Positions 56,721-64,000 of a stretch of 64,000 nucleotides of DNA are shown piece by piece. Below the pieces are notes generated by a model. That model had not been told where the DNA came from. It did not search any database and worked only from the letters and a program-made list of their open reading frames with translations. Source of the DNA: a virus (taxonomy: Duplodnaviria > Caudoviricetes). Positions within the stretch are counted from its first letter, which is position 1. Each line of letters begins with the position of its first letter. The translations under genes and the position numbers were made by a program. Location: positions 64,001 to 128,000 of the IMG/VR virus record IMGVR_UViG_3300014205_000182; one strand, written 5' to 3'.

Positions 56721-58478
56721 TCATGTGTCGCACAGTCCCGACCGGCAAGCATCCTGGCTAAGTACGCCAGCAGTCGCCGTCTTCGCAAGCTCTAGGGCAC
56801 GTTCCAGAGGAATCGGCGTCAGTGGCTGGTTCTCACGAGAACCGTCTGGGTAAACCGTGAGGCCCTTGAGATCGGGGAAGAACTCCATCATGAGGTCGCC
56901 GAGTTCTGCGGTCGATGTGTCGTGCGGAACGTTGATCGTCTTGCTGACGGCGTTATCGACGTGTCGCTGGCACACCCGCTGCATCTCCATGTGATCACGG
57001 ATCGACAGATTGTGAGCACCTACAAAGTGAGTAACGTCGCGTCCCTCTTCTACAAAACGCTGGAACATTGGATCGACGAGTTCTTCGGTGCCGAAGATCT
57101 TGGTACCATCCGTCTGCGTTCCAGTCTGGAACCGGCGGATGTGTGCCGGAGCGAAGATTGGCTCAATACCAGAGGATACGTCGCATACAATCGAACCCGT
57201 GCCGACCGGTGCGATTGTCATCGTGGCGCAGTTACGCATCCCGTCCTTGCGAATCTTGGAGCGCAGCGAGGGCTTCAGGTTCTTGATGAACATGCCCTTC
57301 AGGTACTTGTCTGCATCAAAGCCGGGGAACGCACCCTTCTCGGCGGCTAGATCGCTCGACGCCTCGTAGGACCAGTTCTTGATCTTCTTCATCAGGTTGT
57401 CGACGAATTCCAGGCCAGCGGGCGAGTTGTACTTGAGCCCGAGTTCCAGCAACATGTGGTGCAGACCAGTGATACCCAGACCGATACGACGAAGCTGCGA
57501 GCACTTCGCCTTGATTTCTGCCAGAGGATACTCGTTAACCGTGAGTACGTTATCCAGAAATCGTACGCCCGTCTTTACGGTGTCCTTCAGCATGTCCCAG
57601 TCGACTTCACCACCGACGACGAATCGTGGCAGAACTAGCGCGCCCAAGCAGCAGCAATCGTACGGAGACATCCAGATTTCACCACACGGGTTCGTCGAAG
57701 TGAGTTCCTCGATGTACCAGATGTTTGACATCTTGTTCGCCAGGTGACGATTGAGTGCGCCAGGTTCGCCACCACTTAGGGCATTGACGACAATGCGTTC
57801 CCATAGCAGCTTCGCCGGCATCGAGCCAACCTGTCGACCCTGGTGCATAAGTGGCCATTCGCCGCCCTCACGCACGAGCTTGAAGAAAATCTCCGGATCC
57901 TCATCGAATACGACGGAGATGTTGGCGTTGTTCAGCTGCTTCAGATCTAGCTTCTTATCCAGGAATTCGGCGATGTCGCCGTGGCTCAACGACAAGCAAA
58001 GCATGAGTGCGGTTCGACGCCCGCCCCCAGCCTTGATAACCTCGCCCGTCGCGTTGATGATCTCCATGAGAGACACGGCGCCAGTTGCCTGTCCGCCCGT
58101 ACCGTTGATGCTGGAGCCACGAGGGCGCACCGGAGAGCAGTTGAGGCCGACACCGCCGCCAGTGCCCGAGATAACGATGCTGTCCGACACCGTCTTACCC
58201 CAGCCCTCTCGGCTGTCGGACGTGCCTACGACGAAGCAGTTGAGCATTTGCCCACGTGCTCTACCTGCGCCGTACCAGATTCTACCGCCAGGCATTAGCA
58301 AGTTGTTGCTCAACGCACTGAAGAACTTGTCCTTCCACGTCGTACGGGCATCGCCTGACTCGGCGTTCGAAACAGTAAGTGACACTCGTTCACAAGCTTC
58401 TAACCAGGTCTCCTTATCGTGAGAAGCGTGGCGTGTCTGGAAAATCTGTAGGGCAAATCCGGTCGGTTCGTAAGTCAC
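56721..58478 (-). CDS. nrdJ: class II (B12-dependent) ribonucleotide reductase
   Basis: PGGRI, NCFV, TNPCGEI, CCLG, TIAP.G, SGIEP; no beta subunit nearby. Confidence 0.88.
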   Translation of the reverse strand: MTYEPTGFALQIFQTRHASHDKETWLEACERVSLTVSNAESGDARTTWKDKFFSALSNNLLMPGGRIWYGAGRARGQMLNCFVVGTSDSREGWGKTVSDSIVISGTGGGVGLNCSPVRPRGSSINGTGGQATGAVSLMEIINATGEVIKAGGGRRTALMLCLSLSHGDIAEFLDKKLDLKQLNNANISVVFDEDPEIFFKLVREGGEWPLMHQGRQVGSMPAKLLWERIVVNALSGGEPGALNRHLANKMSNIWYIEELTSTNPCGEIWMSPYDCCCLGALVLPRFVVGGEVDWDMLKDTVKTGVRFLDNVLTVNEYPLAEIKAKCSQLRRIGLGITGLHHMLLELGLKYNSPAGLEFVDNLMKKIKNWSYEASSDLAAEKGAFPGFDADKYLKGMFIKNLKPSLRSKIRKDGMRNCATMTIAPVGTGSIVCDVSSGIEPIFAPAHIRRFQTGTQTDGTKIFGTEELVDPMFQRFVEEGRDVTHFVGAHNLSIRDHMEMQRVCQRHVDNAVSKTINVPHDTSTAELGDLMMEFFPDLKGLTVYPDGSRENQPLTPIPLERALELAKTATAGVLSQDACRSGLCDT

Positions 58479-58501
58479 GTAACTAGGCTCCTTTAAAATA
58501 C

Positions 58502-58529
58502 AAAACGGGCCTAGTGAAAACTAAGCCCG
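58502..58529 (-). terminator. intrinsic terminator candidate
   Basis: CGGGC-TTAG..CTAG-GCCCG followed by TTTT on the minus strand. Confidence 0.6.
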
Positions 58530-58549
58530 AGGTCGCACGACTCCGTTGA

Positions 58550-59821
58550 TTACTGGTGAGGAATCAGATGATTAATCTGTTCGATACCGATAATGTACCG
58601 ATTGATTTTACCATACTCGCGGTGGATAATATCCAGCTTCATGTCCTTGCCGCTGCGATAACCCTGGCCGTGGTGCCATGCATCGCGCCCAGCGAGAGTG
58701 CGGAACGATTCGACGGTAACGCCCGGATATTCTTTGAGGCTGTCGTGGTGGACGTGACCGATGTACCAGTAACGATGCAGAGTCTCGCCCCAGTCCTTCG
58801 CACGATCACAAGCCATCACGCCAAGAAGGTTGGCGTTCTTGGTCTTGTCACCGTGGTGAACACCGATCAGCACCTTACCGAAACGGTACCAGTGGAACGG
58901 CTCAGGTGACGTATCGATCGTTACACGCGGCTCGCGCTCGTAGAACTGCGCCAGAGCGATCGAGAGCATGATCGACGTGTGGTCGTCATGGTTTCCGATC
59001 TCGTTGATGACGGTCACGTGCTTGTGCTTCTCAAGCGCACGGTCAATCAAGCGACGCATCACGCGGATGCCGGTCGCGAGAACCTTGGGCCAACGATTGT
59101 CGACGTCAACTGCTGTGCCCTTCGTGGTCTCGTTCTTCTTGCTATCGGCGTGGAAGAAGTCACCGAGATTCATGATGATTGCCTGCGACGCTGGCGGCGC
59201 CAATCCGACAAGGTGATCAACAGCTGCAAAAAGGTTGTCCTCTGCAATCTTCAGATCAAAAGCATTGCCAGTCTCTGCTGGCCAGGCCATCATGCCGAGG
59301 TGAGGGTCACCCATCGGATACACGGCGAGAAGATCGTCATTGTAGTTCGCCTGTTGCGGGATTGGGTTTGCCAGGGAACGAAGTGGCTCGGAGATTGCAG
59401 TGAACGACTTGACCATCGCCAGGTAGCGTTCTTCCTGCTCCTTGTTTGTCTTGACCCATTTAGCCTTGACGTTACCTTCACCATCGAATAGGGTGGACTC
59501 ACCCTTTACGTAGTAGCCTTCGGGCGCCTGGCTCAGACCAGTCAGATCTGTGACAACTTCAGACTTTTCAATTTCAACCTGAGTATCGAACGCTTCGACA
59601 CTCGGGAATCTAGAGTTACGACCGTCGTCGGGCCACTTACCTGTACGGATGAATGTGTTTTGTGCTTTAGCTTCGACTTCATCCAGCAGAGGTGTCTCGC
59701 GTCGAACGCGAGCCATCCTGGCCTTGCTTTCGCACTTACGACAGATGGTTCTCTGTGGACGAAAATCTCTTGTAGCAATGCCGACGGTGGAGCACCGTGT
59801 ACAAACTTTGGTCATGTTCAC
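58550..59821 (-). CDS. metallophosphoesterase with N-terminal Zn finger
   Basis: DPH.G, GD, GNHD, HHG, GHVHH; CTRC...CRKC. Confidence 0.85.
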   Translation of the reverse strand: MNMTKVCTRCSTVGIATRDFRPQRTICRKCESKARMARVRRETPLLDEVEAKAQNTFIRTGKWPDDGRNSRFPSVEAFDTQVEIEKSEVVTDLTGLSQAPEGYYVKGESTLFDGEGNVKAKWVKTNKEQEERYLAMVKSFTAISEPLRSLANPIPQQANYNDDLLAVYPMGDPHLGMMAWPAETGNAFDLKIAEDNLFAAVDHLVGLAPPASQAIIMNLGDFFHADSKKNETTKGTAVDVDNRWPKVLATGIRVMRRLIDRALEKHKHVTVINEIGNHDDHTSIMLSIALAQFYEREPRVTIDTSPEPFHWYRFGKVLIGVHHGDKTKNANLLGVMACDRAKDWGETLHRYWYIGHVHHDSLKEYPGVTVESFRTLAGRDAWHHGQGYRSGKDMKLDIIHREYGKINRYIIGIEQINHLIPHQ

Positions 59822-59848
59822 CTGATCTTGGTAACTAGCGAAGGCTTG

Positions 59849-60199
59849 TTAGAACTTCAAGCCGATGTAAGTTCCCGTGATCAGACCGACTGCTACTCCG
59901 AGCGCAATCAAACGCCAAGGAACTTCGTCAGCTGACTCACGAAAACTATCGTTCTCAGCCTTCAGACGAATTTCTTGTTCCTGTAGACGCTTCTTCTCAA
60001 TTTCTAGAAGATCCCACTCGCTGCCGGTGATGATGTGAGACCCTTGAGGGATATCGTACATCAGGCCGTTGATATGAAGTACACCAGGAGCAGAACGCAT
60101 CCAGAGATGCGCACTGGGCATTTGCTGAGGTTCTGCCTCTGCCGTCGTAGGCATTGCAACCAGTAAGGCTGCAATCAGAATCGCTGCTTTGCAGCGCAT
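59849..60199 (-). CDS. exported/membrane protein (possible lysis accessory)
   Basis: signal peptide, coiled coil, C-terminal transmembrane helix. Confidence 0.55.
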   Translation of the reverse strand: MRCKAAILIAALLVAMPTTAEAEPQQMPSAHLWMRSAPGVLHINGLMYDIPQGSHIITGSEWDLLEIEKKRLQEQEIRLKAENDSFRESADEVPWRLIALGVAVGLITGTYIGLKF

Positions 60200-60201
60200 C
60201 T

Positions 60202-60786
60202 TTAGATCTCCGTTACGTTGTTGGTTGGCGTGCCAGCGGGCGGGTTCTCAGAGACAGCCTTGTCCCCAGCAACCTCGGCTGCAACCTTAGCCGTAGGCTT
60301 ACCGAATGCCCAGAGGAGCATCGGGAAGATCCACTGCAACCAGGCCGGTGCCTTAGGCTGTAGCTTGACGAGTACAGGCACAAGCAGCGTCTTGAGTAGT
60401 GCGTAACCGCCAGCAGCACTGACAGCGATCTTCAGAGCAGCCCATGCGAGCGCGCCCGTGAGAACAGCACCAGGACCAACTGCTGTCAAAGCAGCGATGG
60501 CCGAACCAGCGAACGCAAGTACAAGCACCGTTGCAGGCTGTCCATATTCACCGTTAACAAGTTCGCCAGCCTTACCAGGCAGATAACGCTTTGCAGCAGT
60601 CGTTGCAAGGATCAGACCGAACATCGCGGCGAGCCAGTACTGCCCACCCATGATGGCCTCGTAGAACGGCTTCGCCAGATCCAGAAGAGGCTCCTCACCG
60701 GTGACAGCGCCCTGTGCAAGCGCAACCCCTACGAAAGAGAAATAGGCCAGAACGGCGAATAGAAAGGCTGTGGTTAGTTTCTTCAT
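60202..60786 (-). CDS. multi-pass membrane protein (holin candidate)
   Basis: several hydrophobic helices at the end of the tail operon. Confidence 0.55.
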   Translation of the reverse strand: MKKLTTAFLFAVLAYFSFVGVALAQGAVTGEEPLLDLAKPFYEAIMGGQYWLAAMFGLILATTAAKRYLPGKAGELVNGEYGQPATVLVLAFAGSAIAALTAVGPGAVLTGALAWAALKIAVSAAGGYALLKTLLVPVLVKLQPKAPAWLQWIFPMLLWAFGKPTAKVAAEVAGDKAVSENPPAGTPTNNVTEI

Positions 60787-60991
60787 AGGTTCCTCAGGAT
60801 ATTAGCAGGCAGACATGATAGTGGCCACTGTGGTGCAAGGGGCCTGGTACTTTACGGGGAGAGCGTGACAAACAAGGCTAAGGATTGCGCCTACTAAGAC
60901 GGCCCATTTAGCAACCCTCTTAAGCGACTCTTTGGCGCACGGTCGGCACTGGACTGAACCAGCTGCCAGAACGGCACCACATTTGCAAGTT

Positions 60992-61891
60992 TTATGGTCG
61001 GTCATAAAAAACTTCTACACGCCAGACAGTGTTGCCGGTAGTCCCGCCGCCGCCTACTTTGATATAGTAGTGGTACTGAGCAGCAACTGTAACGTTCTCG
61101 GACGCCGGGAGCGACGTGTCTCCGGGCGTGATCTCGTCGTTGATAAACTCAGCGCCAGCGGTAGTTTCGCCACCCGTGTCGTGTTGTCTGTATAGCCTGG
61201 CACGGATAACGTCAGTACCAGCAGTCACTTTAGTCAGATAGACTTCGTAACCAGTAATTCGCGTGCCTACAGGAAGTTCGATTGGGTAGATGACAGGGTT
61301 AGAAGCGTATGTCGAAGTACCTAAAGTCCAACAACCGCCTGTGCCCTGAGCAAGTCCGCCAGCTGCACCCGGAGTGTCCAGACAACTATTCCAACCAGAG
61401 ATGGGCAGCGTGAGGACGCCAGTATGCTTGTACTCCGTCGCAGTCCAAGGTTGTGTCGAGGTTCCGCCGACGAACGTAGGGATGTCGGTGAAGTTGGGCG
61501 TGCCGGTAACGTTACCGTTAAGTGCAGCTGCGCCAGTGACACTCAGCGAACCTACAGTCGCGAGACCACCGACGTTTGCCGTCAGGTCGACCTGAAGATC
61601 GCCATCGATGTTCACGTCATCGTCAACGTCGAGATCACCGGTGACGTTTAGGTCGCCAGTGATGGAGTGGTTACCTACGAATGCGTTGCTGTTAAGGTAC
61701 GATGCCCACTGGCTAAGCCAGTAAAGCATGTAGTTGAGATTCTGGGCCTTGGGCTTCTGCTCCGGGCGATAGCCGACGTCGTCGTACGTCGAGGCCGGCG
61801 TAACCTTAGTTGGAGTACCCGCTTCCGGTTCCGCACCGGCAGGGTAATTGGCATCTTCTGCCCAAACGGGTAATGTGACTGGCTTGGCCAT
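60992..61891 (-). CDS. tail fibre/baseplate-associated protein
   Basis: N-terminal WA...G......PKAQNLNY.L....QW..YL, then beta-helix-like repeats. Confidence 0.7.
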   Translation of the reverse strand: MAKPVTLPVWAEDANYPAGAEPEAGTPTKVTPASTYDDVGYRPEQKPKAQNLNYMLYWLSQWASYLNSNAFVGNHSITGDLNVTGDLDVDDDVNIDGDLQVDLTANVGGLATVGSLSVTGAAALNGNVTGTPNFTDIPTFVGGTSTQPWTATEYKHTGVLTLPISGWNSCLDTPGAAGGLAQGTGGCWTLGTSTYASNPVIYPIELPVGTRITGYEVYLTKVTAGTDVIRARLYRQHDTGGETTAGAEFINDEITPGDTSLPASENVTVAAQYHYYIKVGGGGTTGNTVWRVEVFYDRP

Positions 61892-61934
61892 ACGGGAGGA
61901 TTATGGCACGGATAGTACAGTTACGCACGCGCGG

Positions 61935-62483
61935 CTAGACTACGTTACCGAGCTTGCCACCGGTCAAAGTGTCATAAGATTCAAAGCCTTGGCCGGGTCC
62001 GAGGCCTGTGTCACCGTAGTCGTCGAACGTAAACGCGTCCGCGTCGCTGGTGTTGTTTGTTTCCAGATAAATTCGCACTCCGGCAGCTACGGCATCCTGG
62101 AGCAAACTAGCCAGCGTTAGCGATGTCTGGACCGAGACGATGACGTCTTCGATTGACATCGTGAGAGCGGCGGCGCCGTGGTTGTTGACCTTCATGTATG
62201 CAAGGTCGTCGTACACAATCAAACTGGCAATCTTGATCAGGTCACTGATCGTGCCCTTAGATCGATTCACGGAAATGCGAGCACGGACCACACGACGATA
62301 GTCATCGTCGTCGAGCCCGGCACGTTCCTGACCAACGATACGACCCAGTACGTTCAGCTGTTCACCGACGGCAGTATCCACCGAACGGTCGACTAGCAAC
62401 TTCTGAAGTTCACACTCTAGTGTCTGAACCGGAGTGACCAGAGCACGAATTAGTTTCTTGATGTTGTTTTCAGTGTCACTCAT
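61935..62483 (-). CDS. baseplate wedge protein (DUF2612-like)
   Basis: DTAVGEQL..LGRIVG..R....DD.YR. Confidence 0.75.
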   Translation of the reverse strand: MSDTENNIKKLIRALVTPVQTLECELQKLLVDRSVDTAVGEQLNVLGRIVGQERAGLDDDDYRRVVRARISVNRSKGTISDLIKIASLIVYDDLAYMKVNNHGAAALTMSIEDVIVSVQTSLTLASLLQDAVAAGVRIYLETNNTSDADAFTFDDYGDTGLGPGQGFESYDTLTGGKLGNVV

Positions 62484-63148
62484 AGCTTGCCTTTGAATTG
62501 CTCGCACAGACGATCAAATGCTGCCTGAACATGATCGAGATACTCTAGATCCTCCGGAACATACGGAGCTTCAATTAGAACACGTGGCTCGTCTTCAACA
62601 GTACCTACAGCCACACCAAACCAGTATACATATGTGTCTGCACCCGCATCGTCGACCCGGATAGCCATCGGGAACGGGCTAAGTTCACCCAGGTCGAACT
62701 CGTAGTAGTAAAGACCACCGCCGGATTCACCGCCGCTACCGTTTGCAGTCTCCCAGGTAGTGACGGCCCATTCAGTATTACCATCGTCGATGGTCAGACC
62801 CTCAACACCTACTCCATCCAGAGACAGGTAGATAGGCACGCGACGCGCACGTGCTTCTGATGTCGTCGTGATCCCGTCACCGATGAAGCGCATGAATGGG
62901 TACGGCATCGCACCAGTAACTTCGACGAGCAGTGCAAAGTATCCTTCGGTGTCTGTCTCGTCAGCTGTCGGCGTGTATAGGTAGTAACCTTGCCCTACCT
63001 CTAACCACGTCCCGGCACCATTGACTAACGTGTCACCGCTCTTGGTGACACGTAACTCCGCACCAGTCGGAGTGACTCCTGTTACTGGAGTGCCCGACGA
63101 CGATTCAAGGTAAACAGGTACAAGCTGACCCGCCTGGTTTCTAATCAT
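62480..63148 (-). CDS. virion structural protein with two internal repeats
   Basis: VPVYL...G.G...E.G.G.Y.Y occurs twice. Confidence 0.6.
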   Translation of the reverse strand: MIRNQAGQLVPVYLESSSGTPVTGVTPTGAELRVTKSGDTLVNGAGTWLEVGQGYYLYTPTADETDTEGYFALLVEVTGAMPYPFMRFIGDGITTTSEARARRVPIYLSLDGVGVEGLTIDDGNTEWAVTTWETANGSGGESGGGLYYYEFDLGELSPFPMAIRVDDAGADTYVYWFGVAVGTVEDEPRVLIEAPYVPEDLEYLDHVQAAFDRLCEQFKGKL

Positions 63149-63987
63149 TCGGCTCCCAGGCGGAACAAGTAGATTAGACCAGGCCCACCGTCAAACCCGT
63201 CCTTGTTAGCGGTAACGTTCGCCGCTCCAGCAGTTCCGTGAACACCGCCTGCGGCTGAGCAGGTCGGAAAATCACCTGTACCAATGAAACATAGGATAAC
63301 ACCACCACCGCCTCCAGACCCTGCACCGCTGTTATTACCTACAAGCGGCCCAGCGTTCCCACCTTTACCACCTCTACAATTCAGGATACCAGTACCTACG
63401 ATGGTGTTAGCGGCGACTACACACACTCCACCACCACTGCCACCACCTCCTGCACCTGATCCGTTGCCACCGGTCGCACCACCACGACCACCACCGCCGC
63501 CAGTTCCGCCGAAGAACTGAACTCCTGTAACCGATCGTCCGTGTATCGCGTTCCAGGGCGAGGATAGGTTGTTACCAACGTTGTCGTTGAGCAGGGTAAT
63601 GCTACCACCAGCGCCGGTTCCTCCACCGGCCGCTGCGCCGCCTGCGCCGCCCTGACACGTTCCGCCTGTGCCTGTGGCACCACCGGCAGTCATGCCCTTG
63701 GCTCCGGAAACGTGAGCACCCCCAGCACCGCCAGCACCACCACCGCCGCCGTTGGCTCCTGCGCCACCGATAGTACTGCCGCCGAGAAGTGTAGCCGCAC
63801 GAGCAGCCCCACCCGCTCCACCTAGAATGGAACCGGCTGCACCAGTAGCGCCATCTCCTCCCCAGAAACCGATACCACCACCTGCACCAATCGTAAGCGT
63901 GCCGGCTACAAACACGCGATAACCGCCAGTGTACAGCCACACCCCAGGATCGATTGTCAGGTTATTTGCGAAGATATCAAACGTCAT
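63145..63987 (-). CDS. glycine-rich tail fibre-like protein (probably 5'-truncated by the window edge)
   Basis: GGxGG repeats. Confidence 0.7.
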   Translation of the reverse strand: MTFDIFANNLTIDPGVWLYTGGYRVFVAGTLTIGAGGGIGFWGGDGATGAAGSILGGAGGAARAATLLGGSTIGGAGANGGGGGAGGAGGAHVSGAKGMTAGGATGTGGTCQGGAGGAAAGGGTGAGGSITLLNDNVGNNLSSPWNAIHGRSVTGVQFFGGTGGGGGRGGATGGNGSGAGGGGSGGGVCVVAANTIVGTGILNCRGGKGGNAGPLVGNNSGAGSGGGGGVILCFIGTGDFPTCSAAGGVHGTAGAANVTANKDGFDGGPGLIYLFRLGAE

Positions 63988-64000
63988 GATGTACTGCTGA

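Noticed and set aside
63145-63987. GGN-rich low-complexity repeat
   Set aside because: Explained by glycine-rich protein coding

Overview
A 64-kb piece of a large dsDNA tailed-phage genome: gene-dense, with frequent ATGA/GTGA overlaps and no integrase or CRISPR array seen. Host is unknown; the NadD and Cys-rich lipoproteins weakly suggest a Myxococcota-like diderm. Layout: (1-23.4 kb) small early/accessory genes, rIIA/rIIB, a triplicated unknown family, and an AEP-like/phosphoesterase/ATP-grasp/Pth2/NadD cluster; (23.4-41.2 kb) replication genes: prim-pol/VapE, Cas4-like exonuclease, SF2 helicase, SSB, and a family A DNA polymerase split in two by an EndoVII endonuclease; (41.2-45 kb) RNA ligase, HAD phosphatase, an ncRNA array and Ro60/TROVE; (45-59.8 kb) nucleotide metabolism, lysin, ECF sigma, RuvC, NrdJ; (59.8-64 kb) membrane, baseplate and tail genes. 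Most striking: two promoter-driven ncRNA operons carrying four copies of a conserved Y-RNA-like stem (one with a circularly permuted YrlA-type tRNA domain), interleaved with CCA-ending tRNA mimics that have aberrant anticodon loops, with one operon directly upstream of Ro60. Also notable: the intein/intron-free split polymerase with charge-complementary ends, an HNH cassette that carries a synonymously recoded copy of the N-terminus of the gene it interrupts, a HicB-like domain inside RIIB, and about 14 promoters positioned for leaderless translation. All calls are by-eye motif recognition; no searches were run.
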